Made by a program: the position numbers and the translations under genes
In this document: positions 1 through 12,287 of the stretch, piece after piece
How the letters are laid out: the number at the start of each line of letters is the position of its first letter
Numbering within the stretch: the stretch's first letter is position 1
DNA from: the human T2T-CHM13v2.0 reference genome, Homo sapiens
DNA: 64,000 nt
Direction: 5' to 3' (one strand)
Assembly (NCBI RefSeq): GCF_009914755.1
Contig: NC_060933.1
Notes under the pieces: generated by a model
Databases searched by the model: none
Told to the model about the DNA's origin: nothing
The model's input: only the letters and a program-made list of their open reading frames with translations

Positions 1-514
1 GGACAATGCTCAAGTAACCTAAATGTCCTCATACCTCACCAAACAGGAGGTAAATGAGTGGAAATGAGATAATATTTAAAACCACTACCTAAATCTTACC
101 ACTCCCCAGCCTTCACTTGCCAACCTTACAGCCTTGGCTACCACTATCACTCCCAAGCCCATCTATCTCCTCTCTACTTTTCTCTTGTCATTCTTTATTC
201 TTTTATTCAATGCAGACTTTTTCCTTGATGTAGCAAAAATTGAGAACCTTCATGTTTACATTTTATAGTCTCAACCACACAAAGATTTGAACAACTGTAT
301 CTTTCTGCGTTTTTGAACAAAAGCACAAAATCCAAAGGCACAGACTCATTAATCCATGTAGGGTAGCAACCAATCCCTGGGCCAATTAAGTGCAGTCAGG
401 GAGGTAGCTACATTGAACATAGGCTGCTTCTGTGATAACTTGTAGATTACGAGGAATGGGTACAGTTCCAATAAAAGCAAGAGCTCTCTCTTAACAGGAA
501 AATAGAGTCTTAAG

Positions 515-700
515 TATTCATTCTTTCACTCATTTACCTATTATGTGCCCAATATTTTCTAGATCCTGGGGAAACAACAATGAACAAATAAGAGGGATAT
601 AGTCTGTGTTTAACAAAGCTCACAGTGTTATGGCAGAGAATGGTAGTTAAATAAGAAATAAAAATTCAGTAAAATAATAAGCTATCATGAATACAGTAAG
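515..700 (-). mobile_element. LINE-2 (L2) 3' fragment
   Basis: Degenerate L2 3'-end pattern (TATTCATTC..CATTTACCTATTATGTGCC..CTGGGGAAACAACAATGAACAAA..GCTCACAG); boundaries approximate. Confidence 0.55.
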
Positions 701-775
701 TGATATGGCTCCTGAGAAAATAATTTCTGATGTCAATACATTTACTGCATTCATTTACTGAATTACTTATTAAGA

Positions 776-1022
776 GAGGACTTATTAAATAGTTAACCTA
801 TTAATGTCATCAATAGGTTCTAGGAACCTCACTTCATCAGTAGTTTCTTAGAAACTGGGACTTCAAGTGAAATGATGTACAGCAGGTCCACAAACAATGT
901 CCTTTTGTTCAACTCTTTTGTTATAACACTGATGAGGAATAAAAATGGCTTTGTTATACATCATTTTGGTTGAAGTCATAGATTCCAAGAACCTATATAT
1001 GATGTTAAATGAGGACTTACTG
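776..1022. mobile_element. TcMar-Tigger-type non-autonomous DNA transposon (MITE) with rearranged left TIR
   Basis: Right end ...CCAAGAACCTATATATGATGTTAAATGAGGACTTACTG followed by TA (1023-1024); its reverse complement matches pieces at 801-824 and 825-880. Confidence 0.65.
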
Positions 1023-1029
1023 TACTTTG

Positions 1030-1204
1030 AAAAAAATCATGCACCATCCTAAACACTTTGTATGCATTACCTCCTTTAATAGTTTTATAGAACTTACTCA
1101 TCACTTTACAATTGAAGAAACCTGATGCTTAGCCTGGCAGTACAATTTACTCAAAGTCACACAGCTAAGAAAGAAAAGATTTGAGATTTTGAGAGAGGTC
1201 TGCC
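1030..1204. mobile_element. MIR SINE, interrupted by an MST LTR (resumes ~1656-1695)
   Basis: MIR core-like TTTACAATTGAAGAAACCTGATGCTTAG..TACTCAAAGTCACACAGCTAAG. Confidence 0.55.
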
Positions 1205-1650
1205 TGTCTTAGTCTGTTCAGTCTTGCTATAAAAGCATACCTGAGATTGGGTAATTTATAAAGAAAAGAGGTTTATTTGGCTCATGATTACAGTGGCTGG
1301 AAAGTCCAACATTGGGCAGCTGTATCCAGTGAGGGTCTCATACTGCTTCCATTCATGTTAGAAAGCAAAAGAGAAGCACGTATGTGCAAAGAAATCATAT
1401 GATGACAGAGGAAGCAAGAGAGGGAAACCAAGGAAGCCAGACTCTTAACAACCCACTCTCATGGAAACTAACCCATTCCTCAAGAGTGAGAACTCACTCA
1501 CTCTCTCAGGAAGGCATTAGTCTATTCATAAGGCATCTGTTCCCATGAACTAAACACCTCCCACTAGGCCTCACCTCCCAACATTGCCACATTGGGGATC
1601 AAATTTCAACATGAGTATTGTTGAAGATAAATCCCATCCAAACCATCGCA
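1205..1650 (-). mobile_element. ERVL-MaLR solo LTR, MST family
   Basis: TGTCTTAG start, typical GGGTAATTTATAAAGAAAAGAGGTTTATTTGGCTCA body, ends AAACCATCGCA; perfect 5-bp TSD CTGCC (1200-1204 / 1651-1655). Confidence 0.85.
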
Positions 1651-1964
1651 CTGCCTAACACCAAAATCTGCACAGTTCTACACTAAGTTATACTCTAAAT
1701 GCTAATCTGATAGGAGAAGCCCATAGGAACATGTAACAGAGTCCCATGATCAAGGAAAGATTCTCAGAGAAACTAAAGTAAGAAACTAAACTTACAGATA
1801 AATAGAATGTACCTAATTGAAGAGGAGGTAGTGTATTCTAGATAAAAAGAACAGCATAAGCAGAGATGTGGATAACATAGTCATGGTTAAGGAAATAAAA
1901 GGCCTGCACTAGTGCTGGAACATATGGAGGGAAAATGCTAGCAAGAGAAAAGTTAGAGGAGAAT

Positions 1965-3112
1965 GCATCCATGTTGGTGTATATATCAATAGTTCCTTTC
2001 TTTTTATAGGTGAATAGTATTTCATCATATGGCTGTGCCACCATTTGTTTATCTGTTCGTCATTGATAGGCATCTAGATTGCTTCCAGTTTATAAATAAA
2101 TCCATCACGATTTATTTGTATGAACATATGCTTTGATTTCTCTTGGACAAATACTTACAAAGGGAAAGGTGCTTATATAGGAGTGTGTGCTTAATTTTAT
2201 AAGAAATTGTCAAGTTGTTTTCCAAAGTAGGTGTACCATTTTATATTCCTACCAGAAGTGTATAAGGATTACAGCTCCTCCATATATCCCTGTCAACACT
2301 TGGAATAGTCAGTCTTTCTAATTTTAGACCTCCTAATAAGTGATGATATCACATGGAGAGGTGATATCTCCATGTGTTTTTAATTTGTGTTTTCAGCTTT
2401 TCATGTAGTTATTTGTCATCCACATATCTTCTTTGGTGAAGTGTCTTTTCAAGTTATTTGCCCATTTTTATTGGGTTGTTTTCTATTGAGTTTTGAGAGT
2501 TCTTTATGTATTCTGGATTAAAATTTTTTTATCAGATATATAACTTGCAAATATTTTCACTTAGTCTTTGACTTTTCATTGTGTTTACATCATGTTTTGA
2601 AGAGCAGAAGTTCTTAATTTTGATAAAATCTAATTTATTGATGTTTTACTTTGTGCATCATGCTTCTGGTATTATATCTAAAAATTATTTGCCTAATACC
2701 AGGATCATGGAAATTTTCTTATGGATTTCATTTTAAAATTTTATGCTTTTTAGTTTTGCATTTGTCTTTGATTCATTTTGGATTAGTTTTTGAATCATAT
2801 GGAAATGCAAAGGACCGGTAATGACCAAAAAAACTTTGTAAAGAAAGAACAAAGTTGCTGTACTACCTGATTTGAAGACTTATTATGAAGCTACGGTAAT
2901 CAACAGAGTATGTCATTGGTCTAAAATTGGACAAATAGATGAACAAAACAGAGTAAGAAGTCTAGATGCAGACTCACTCATATATGGTCAATTTATTTTT
3001 GACAAAGGTACACAGACAATTCAGTGGAAAAGGCTAACCTTTTCAATAAATCATGCTGGAACAATTAGATATACATATGCATAAATAAATATTGATCCAT
3101 ACTTCATACCAT
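1965..3112 (-). mobile_element. Old L1M fragment with 5' inversion (sense part 1965-2792 on -, inverted part 2794-3112 on +)
   Basis: Both parts resemble the L1 ORF2 3' region; ORF 2872-3084 (KTYYEATVI..IDEQNR..YGQFIFDKG) is a decayed copy of [23 protein letters not shown] in the young L1 of this window. Confidence 0.8.
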
Positions 3113-3619
3113 CCAAAGTTGGTTATAATTATAATTTAGCTAAGAAAAATGTGACAGATGAAGTCTTGATTGATAGGACAGATAAATTACTATTGCTAAC
3201 TTATGTCAACAATAAAATTAAACCTATATAAGAGTAAAAATATCAGAAGGGGAAAAAATTCACTAAAATAAAAATATTGTATATAAGATACATAGATAAA
3301 ATAATAACACTGAAAAAGGAGGTACAAAGAGAAAAAGCTTTAAATTAGATCAAAGAGTTTTCTAAAAGGAAATGTCATCACTTTAGAAAAGAATGTCTTC
3401 TTATTCCACTTGCTTTCAAGTTTCCTTTTAGTCATGGAATTCTTTATTCAAGGGAAGTCTTAAGCAGAACTAAAAACAAATAACTGTGGTTGAAGCCAGG
3501 ATGAGGGGCCAACAACCACATTAGCTTACCACTCTCCACCCCATCTTACTATGCATACACAGAAACATCTACCATGAGGTCCATAGAATACTTTTGAAAG
3601 ACCCTAAGTTGCACTCACT

Positions 3620-4490
3620 GGGTTCTTTGTGTTAATGTGGGAGAATTTGTTTAGGGTGGATAGAATTGTGAATCATCAGTATGCATATTTTTAGCTTAAC
3701 TAGATGTATTAGTTTCCTAGGTCTTCCACAACAAAATATCTCAAACTTGGGGACCTAATGGAAAAGAAATGTATTGTCCCATTTTGGGGGAGGATAGAGA
3801 TCCAAAATCAACGTGTTGGCAGAGTCATTCCTCCTGCAAACACTCTAGTAGGGAGGAAGGATGCTGTCTTGCCTCTTCCCACTTCTGGTAACCACAGACA
3901 TTCCTTGCTTGAGGAAGCATAACTCCAATCTCCACCTCCTTCTTCACATAGCATTCTCCCTGGGTCTTTGTATCTGTACACAGCCATCTTCTTATGTGGA
4001 CATCAGTCCTATTGGATTAGGGGCCCACCCTAAACTGGTATGGCATCATATTAACTAATTGTATCTGCAATGACTGTATTTCCAAATAAGGTCACATTAT
4101 GAGGTACTGGAGATAAGGATTTCAACATGCCTTTTCTGGGGTGAACATAGTTCAACCCATAACACTAAATAATTCCAACTTTTTCTTTCACTTTGTTGTG
4201 CCAATATTCACTCCTAATAACAATGTATTAGAGTTTGGTTGTTTTGGGGTGCTAAGCCTTATTAGATTTTATCATTATGTCTAACTTCATGGCTACAAAA
4301 TGATACTTATCTGTTGCATTCTTCTAATTACTAGTGAAATTAAACATTGTTTTATATGTATAATGAGAATTCTAGTTTCTTCATTTGTAGATTACTTATT
4401 CATGTTTTTTGTCAATTTTTCTATTGGCTTGTTTGTAATTTTTCACGGATTTGGAGAAAGTGTTTATAGCTTCCAGATACTAATGGTGGC
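3620..4490 (-). mobile_element. Old L1M fragment split by an MLT1 LTR
   Basis: Antisense L1 3'-ORF2 motifs on both sides of the LTR (GAATTGTGAATCAT.. / ..TGCATTCTTCTAATTACTAGTGA..). Confidence 0.55.
3705..4164 (-). mobile_element. ERVL-MaLR solo LTR, MLT1B/C-like
   Basis: TGTATTAGTTTCCTAGG...CCAAATAAGGTCACATT...TTCAACCCATAACA; TSD CTAGA/CTAAA. Confidence 0.8.
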
Positions 4491-5344
4491 TACTTAAATG
4501 TCTGCTACATTTTACATATTTAACAATTAAAACTTAATTTTTAATACAACTCACTCTTTTAACCTAAAAAGATAGAAATGACAAGTTGGGGATGGAGGGG
4601 AAATACAGAGCATTTGTCAACTATGGAGGGAGTGTTGAAATTGTATTGTTTTACAAAATCCAAGATGTTCCATCATACATGCATGTACAAACACACACAG
4701 GCACACCCACACACGTACACAGAGATGTACAAACATTCATAAACTGCTGATTATTCTTACTCAAAGGTGAAATTGCTGTTTCCAGGCAAGTAGCAAAGCT
4801 TCACGTGATGCCAGGCCCCTTAGCAGAGAACTCAGAGGGATTTTCCATGACTTAGAATAAGATCAAGACAAGCTTCAATAACTAGTTTCAAACAATTCCC
4901 TCTATTCATCATATAAAACATTATTGCAGAACTAACGAAATAATCTGAGTGTCAACGTGCTGGGAAATAACATAAGATTGAAGGAAAGAAGGAATAAAGT
5001 AAGGAACTACATGGAGGAAGCCACCAATAGGAAATCTAAAATTTTATGATGGATAAAAACCAGCTTACCTTTAGAGTTTATTCTATTTGTAAACATCCAG
5101 GATTATGACTGGAAGAGGGAATGCAAATATCTAAGAATAAAAAGTGGTTGTTTTCCCTTTAAACTCAGGAGGATTTTATAGATAATCTCTTTTTAGAGTA
5201 TAATTTTTTCATTCATAAAAGTAGTGTGTATATATGTTCAAACCTAAAACAGAAAAAATATGCAGTCACACTAAACTCAAACGAATTTCTTTCTGGTTTG
5301 TTTTACATATAATTTTTGTGTCTGTTTCTTTTGGTTAACTGGTA

Positions 5345-5705
5345 TGTTCCTTAGAATAACCTAGGTTATATTGCAGTAACAATTTAACTGTGATATCTAA
5401 GGGTCTTAATACAATGAAGTTACGTTTATTGTTAACTCTGAGTGTCCAATACATTGTATTTTGCCCTACTCCACACAATCTCCAACTGATGGAAGCTTCA
5501 CTATGGAAAATGTAGTTTCAGAACACCTTTTAGTGGAAGAGTGAGAATACTGGAAAATCTCACAGAGATGTTTCTGTTCACATTTCATGCACAAAAACTA
5601 GTCAAAGGCCACACACAACTGCAAGGGTGCTAGGAGGGGTAGTTTCCCCTAAGCCCCAGAAGAAAAGAGAACTGGATATTGGTAAGCATCATAGTGTCTA
5701 CCAGA
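5345..5705 (-). mobile_element. Ancient MLT1-type LTR (J/K/L-like)
   Basis: CTAGGTTATATTGCAGTAACAA start and ACTGGATATTGGTAAGCATCATAGTGTCTACCA end resemble old MLT1 consensus; heavily diverged. Confidence 0.45.
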
Positions 5706-6832
5706 GCTAATGTGCTTTGTTTTCTTTTTGTTTTGGAGCAGTGGTGTTTTTTCTTGGTAATAGTTTCTGAGGAATTTTGACTTATATCTTTTTATCTTAC
5801 CCAACCCAAATTTGTCTCAGAATTGCTGGGAATTTCCGTGTGCAATGCTATGTTGGCACTATTTAAGCTAAGCATATTACTTGTTAAATCCTTTCTGAAA
5901 AGGATCAGCTTAATATACTAGGAATTTAGCTGACAGATATGACCAGAAAGCAGCCCTGGAAGGTGGCAGGAAGGCAGCACTCCGTGCTCATAACTCTTTG
6001 TGAATTCGCCATTACAGAATTTTCTGTCCCAGCATTTCAACAAAACAGGAGTCCCTCAGCCTGAAGATTAGAAAGTAATGCTTCTTAACTTATTATTAAT
6101 CTGAATTTGATTCCTCCTCCACAAATGTGGTCATTCATATTTGATTTTATTTTTCAGTAAATATATAGCCCGTTCTCCTTTCCTGTAAAGAAAACTTAAA
6201 TAGCCATAAAAAATATTGAAATAATCCAAAAGTTAGATAGGGTAGGAAAAATCAGTTTCAGGTTTAATAATGTCAAATGTGCATTTTCACAACTTTAGGG
6301 GGAAAGGAAACTAAAATTTAAATCAAATTGGAAAGAAATGTGATTTTTTAATCTGTTCTATACATTTTGAGAATTTTTTAATGTGAAGGTTTGATAGACA
6401 GCCATACTTTTATCACTGGACATAGTGATCATTACTCATAGACCTGCCTAGCATCTTACAAAGGATATTTCCTTTCAATTTTGATCTCTGTTTTTTATAC
6501 ATACACTATACACTAGTTTCATTTGAGTAGGAGAGAAGTTATAATGTACTGATCATGCACTTATGGGTTTTGTCACTGAAATTTTAAAATAATCTTAGTT
6601 CAAATGAACTGTATTTGGCTTCAGGGCCCAGTATTAATGCCATCTATATCATAATGTCTTAGAATTCACTAGAAGTAATTGCATGTTTGTTCTTTTGTCA
6701 TAGCTCTTTGTCAACTTACCCCTCTAATAAAGAATTACTTTTTTAGGTTAATTGAGTGCTGTTTTTCTAACCTCATTGATTCTAAACTCCTTGAGAACAG
6801 AACATATCTTTTATTTAATGCTGCCAAAAACT

Positions 6833-7303
6833 CTACATTAGCTTCCCATAGCTTTGTAGTAACAGATTACCACAAAGTTAGTGGCTTAAACCAACAGAAA
6901 TTTAATCTCTCCAAGTTCTAATTTATTCTCTTCAAGTCCAGAAGTCTGAAATCATTGAGCCAAAATCAGTGTCATCAGCGTCAGACCTTCTCTGGAGTCT
7001 CTAGGAGAGAATCTGTCCCTGTGGCTTCTGGTGGCTGTCAGCTTCCTTGACTTGAAGGCACATCACTCCAGTCTCTGCCTCTATGGTCACATTGCTTCCT
7101 CCTTTTCTGAGTGTGTCTAATTTCCCTCTGCCTCTCTTTTATGAGGACACTTGTGATGGCATTTAGGGTTTACCTGGATAATCTCTTCATCTCAAAATCT
7201 TCATCAAATCTACAAAGAGCTTTTTTCCAAATAAGATTGTATGTACAGGTTCCAGGAATTAGAACATGGACCGATCTTTGGGATCTATTATCAGCCTACC
7301 ACA
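6833..7303 (-). mobile_element. ERVL-MaLR solo LTR, MLT1 family
   Basis: GTAACAGATTACCACAAAGTTAGTGGCTTAAACCAACAGAAATTT ... TCAGCCTACCACA. Confidence 0.75.
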
Positions 7304-8309
7304 TATCCCAACTCTTGCCCAGCTTGGAGCACAGTCCTAAAGTACCCAGTAAACCTTTGTTGATTTGAAAAATAATATCTTGAGGGCAGTAATTTTCTGT
7401 CTGTCCAGTTGCGACACCTCTTATCTCTACTTTTCCCGGGTTATTTCTTCTTCCGTGGACTGACTTCCTTGCTCACCATCAAAACCAATCTAAAATGGCA
7501 TCCTTAATCTTGGAGAATTAAGAATTTTCCACTTCAATTCTCCACAGATTATTGATTCATTCTTTCCATGGCTTTATTCTGGAATTTGTGAGTGAGACAA
7601 TCTAACTGGCCCACTCTATGTCCAGTGTGGATTGCTCACATAAGGCAGCTTCTGTCAAAAGAAAGAGCCCAAGATTTTGCTGATTCTCTATTAAGAGAGA
7701 ATATATGGCAGAGGAGATACAACTGGTACCTCTACTATGGGGGAGGCATAGGAGAAATACTTTCTTAATCTTTGGTATGTAATATTAACTTTAGTCTTCA
7801 TGTTTGCTAATCAGAGTTTTAGGACCTGGATTAAAGGAAATTTACTGAGTCACACTATCTCTTTGCTTTCTATGCTTTACCTCCAGAAATCTTCCTTTGA
7901 TGGGCAACAAGTTTAAAACTTGTATACTCTTATGAGCTCAGAGCAAGATACCCGATTGTTTCTTACCCTACTTTAATCTCTAACTCTATATATGACATCT
8001 TTTGGCAAAATACTATACATTCCTTCTAGTTCTAATTTTCTAAACTTCAGCAGAGAAAAGTTGTGTCTTTTTTTAGAATTTTCAGATACGTTCTATCAGA
8101 CATTTTTACATTTTTGGTAAAAGGTAAGATGTAAGAATTTCATATGTAGCATCAAAACAAACTGTATTTTGTAAGACTTGTCAAGTAATATTCTCTGAGA
8201 GATTTGCATAGTATGTAGATAATTGTAATTGCAAACTAAATTATTTCACCAATATTATATCCTAAAGAAGATTTTATACATTTGTAAACTAAACTGTAAC
8301 ATTTGTCAT

Positions 8310-9425
8310 TTTTTATTGTACTGAGAACATTTAACATGAAATCTGCCCTTTTAACTCACTTTTAAGCATACAACACAGTATTGTTAACTGTAGACACAAT
8401 GATGTAGAGAGACTCTCTAGAACTTACTCATCTTGCATAATGGAAACTCTAACTCCATTGAGTGGCAACTCCCCTTTTCCCACACTCACTAGTCCCTGGC
8501 ATATACTATTCTACTCTCTCCTTCTATAAGTTTGTTCATTTTAGATATCTCATGTAAGTGGAATCACGCAGCATTTGTCCTTCTGTGACTGGTTTAGTTC
8601 ACTTAGCATAGTGTTCTCCAGGTTTATCCATGTTGTTGCATATTGCAAGATTTCCTTCCTTTTTGAGACTGAAAAATATTCCACTGTGTGCTCATGTCAC
8701 ATTTTCTTTATCCATTCGTCTGTCAATAAATGCTTAGGTTATTTCATATCTTGGCTATTGCTAATAATGCTGCAATGAACATGGGAGTTCAAATATCTCT
8801 TCAATGTTCTGATCTCATTTTTTTGGTTAAATACCCAGAAGTGAAATTTCTGGATCGTATGGTAGTTCTATTTTTAAATTTTTGAGGAACCTCCATATTG
8901 TTATCCATAGCAGCTGCACTACTTTACACTCCTACCAACAATGCACAATGGTTCCAACTTCTCCACATTTTTACCAACATTTATCTTTATATATACATAC
9001 TTATAAATACATAAAATGGGCATAGAAACAGATGTGAGGTAACTTCTCACTGCGGTTTGATTTGCATTTTCCCGATCATTAGTGATGTTGAGTGCTTTTT
9101 CATATACCTGGCCATTTGTATGTCTCCTTTGGAAAAATGTCTATTCAAGTAATTTGCTCATTTTTAAATTGAGTTATTAGGGTTTTTGCTATTAAGTTGT
9201 AGGAATTCCTTATATAGCTTGGATATTAATCTTTCATTATATCTATGGTTTGCAAATCTAGTCTCCCTTTCCATAGGTTGCCTTATCACCTCCTGATTGT
9301 TTCCTTTGCTGTGAAGTTTTAGCTTGATGTGGTCCCACTTGCTTATTTTTGCCTTCGTTGTCAGTGCTTTTAGTGTCATGTCCAATAATCATTGCCACAA
9401 CCAATGTCATAAAGTTTTTCAGCAA
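8310..9425 (-). mobile_element. L1MA-type LINE-1 3' fragment
   Basis: Antisense L1 3' end; ORF 9164-9385 (MDMTLKALTTKAKISKWDHIKLK) is a decayed ORF2 C-terminal segment. Confidence 0.85.
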
Positions 9426-10337
9426 TGCTGTTATCTTAATGTATCATTCTCCACTAACTTGAACAACTTCAAACTAATGTAAAGTATACTTTTAGTAAGC
9501 AATTAAGAAGTAATATAAATTTCTAAATGAATGTATTTTATTGTCTCTCTTAAGCAAATCGTGAAATCCAAAAATTGAAACAGAAACAAAGGAAAAAAAC
9601 AGAGAAGTTCTATCTTGTTGCTGCCAACAGGCTGGAAATCCCCTTTAAGAAAATATTTTAAACTTAAGGAAGCAGCTGGAAGCATTTAGATATTCCAAGA
9701 CATTTCAACATTCCTTGTAGACTGTCATTTAAGAGGGATTTTTAATCGTGTGTTTTAAAAAGAAATAAAGAGTGGGTTTATCAGCAAAGTGACTTTTTGA
9801 AAAATTGCTTTTTTATTTGTAATCAAAGCAGAGATTATAGGTGTTTGGCTTTAGAGAAAACATTTTCTCCTAAACCTTGAAGAAAATATCTCTGATTTAT
9901 GTCTGCTGCTTCCCTCATCCCTGTCCTCATTTTCAAAGCGGTATACGGCAGGGTGACGGAAGGGCGTTAATCTGACAGATATGGAACCAGTAATTAATTA
10001 AAAAATGTTTATGGCATTTCCTCTTAACATTTTATGTATGTTTTTGTCTGCTATTTTACAGTTTGGACTTTTTAAAATATTGTTTTCCCAAGAGACTCAT
10101 AAGCTTCTTTCTTAAAATGCTTCCATCCTTTTTGTTTAATTCCTCTCAAATTTTCCCAGGACATTCTTTTGCTCCCATAAAGTACAAAAGTTAATTTTAG
10201 AGTAGTTAGTTAGCTTTCAATGGATGACAGCTGTCCTGGTCACTCAGCACCCCCATGTTCATTGCAGCATTAATAACAGTAGCCAAGATATGAAAACAGC
10301 CTGCATGTCCATCAATAGATGGATGCATATAAAATAT

Positions 10338-10340
<3 letters not shown>

Positions 10341-10370
<30 letters not shown>
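10341..10370. repeat. (AC)15 microsatellite
   Basis: Direct read. Confidence 0.95.
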
Positions 10371-10376
<6 letters not shown>

Positions 10377-10715
10377 AATGGAATATTATTCAGCCATAAA
10401 AAAACAAGAAAATGCTGCCATTTCCAACAATATGGATTATACTAAGTGAAATAAGCCAGACACAGAAAGAAAACTACCGCATGATGTCACTTACATGTGG
10501 AATTTTTAAAAGTCAAACTCACTGTAGCAGAGAGTAGAAGGGTAGTTACCAGAGGCTGGTGGGAGGGGGGGGGTGGGCAGTGGAAATGAGATGTTAGTCA
10601 AAAGGTACAAACTTGCAATTACAGGATTGATAGGTCTTGGGGATCTAACAGATAGCATGGGGACAACAGTTAATAATATTGCATTGTATATTTGAAATTT
10701 TCTAAGAGAATAGAC

Positions 10716-12287
10716 TTTTTTCTTTTTATATGGTATATATTTTATTAGGTTTGTACAAATATATTCTCATATTACAAATGCAATTTAGTGGATGCATCTT
10801 CCTTTGATATTTGAATCATCTGAAATAACACAAACAGAACTATACATTCAAAAGAATCCTCATTTGGATAACAAAAAAAGACAAGTTAAACAACAAAAAG
10901 CTTTTCCTTTCTCACAGGTGGACACTGAAGTAGATCCAATTTGGTTTTCATTTTAAAAGCCCCCCAAACCAAAAGCAGCTTAAAAACTAATTAAAATGGA
11001 TTTAAAACTTGTTTACTAAGCTATTGGTCTCTAGCATCATTTTCTGTTTTCTGTTGTTTTGATGCAGATTCTTCTTTGTCTGTTTCTTCTCTTGTTCTTT
11101 TTCACTGGTCCAGTTGCACCATTTTCATCATGTTCATCATCACTAACAAATTTCATTTTCTTACCCTGAAGCTGTACTTTTCCTTTAACAAACTCAGGCG
11201 AGGCAGCTTTATTAACCTTTCCTTTTAAATCTGCGACCTTTTGACTTCCATTTGTTTAGGGGTTCGTGTTGGTCTTTCATGATTTTTTCAATGCTTCTTT
11301 TTCCACCTGTCCTTCTAGTACTTCTCAAGTCACTTCTTTGTTAATTGTAGATTACCATTATTTGCATCTTTGGCTTTACCCAATGCTTCCTCGACTTTTT
11401 CTTTAAATCGAATTATTCCCTCTTTTGCACCTCTGACAACGTCTATCCATTTTAGTTCACCGTGACTTGAGAAAAGGATGTGTGAACCTTCTCTACAGGT
11501 CTGATCATCTAAGTCACCCAAAAATTTCAGCAAGCATCCAGTCTTTTTTTTCTAGAGATTTCATTTCAGCATCATGTAGCTTTTATTTTTCTTCTTGCTC
11601 TTCTTTAGCTCTTAATTTATCCTCCATATTATTTTGTCTGCTTTCTTCACTTTTTTCAGCAAAGTAATATTCTTTGAAAAGTATTAGTAGGCTGTGTCTT
11701 TGTACTTCTGGCCAGGGGTCTCTACAAACTTTTTGGCAGATTTAATGTTATCAAACACAGCAAACACTGATCCTTTAACTGCTTTATGCAATGTTCTTCT
11801 CATCGGTACATTTTGTACTTGACCTCTATCTTCTAATCATTCTTTTATGTCATCAACAGTTGCATCAGTTGGGAAGCCTTTGATACAAATAGATGTTTTT
11901 TACATCATTTTTATACCCATCGGTCACTTCAAGGAGGGGTTTACTTGGAGACATTCTGGTTTTAGTTTTATCTTCACTGATTTCCATGAGTTCTGCCTTG
12001 GATGTCCTCAGTGCTTCCACAATTACATTAAAGTCTGTTGTGAGATGGTTTAACCTGTTGAATTTTATCAATATCTCCAAAGGTACCCACCGTTCATTTA
12101 GTTTGACCTGTTCCTTTAAAAATTTGTCCCACAGCAAATTGAAGTCTCCAAATTAATACTCAATTTGATGACAGATTTTGGCCTTCAGACCAGCATTTTC
12201 AGCCACTGTGGCATTCTTTAAGATCCCAGTCCTGCAGAGTCAAGCCACAAGCTCACAAACAACAACAGTAACATCTTGACTTCCCCC
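10716..12287 (-). pseudogene. SSB: Processed pseudogene of SSB (La autoantigen / Lupus La protein)
   Basis: Intronless minus-strand match to La: La-motif [28 protein letters not shown]2 [30 protein letters not shown]-terminus [12 protein letters not shown] (stop 11021-11023). Start codon mutated to GTG (12206), in-frame TAA at 12153-12155, frameshifts. Includes 5'UTR, 3'UTR, AATAAA (10741-10746) and a decayed poly(A) (T-run 10716-10727). The symbol is the parent gene. Confidence 0.93.

Noticed and set aside
11865-12137. Residual La-motif ORF as a functional retrogene
   Set aside because: Begins at TTG downstream of an in-frame TAA and ends in a frameshift; the parental ATG is lost.
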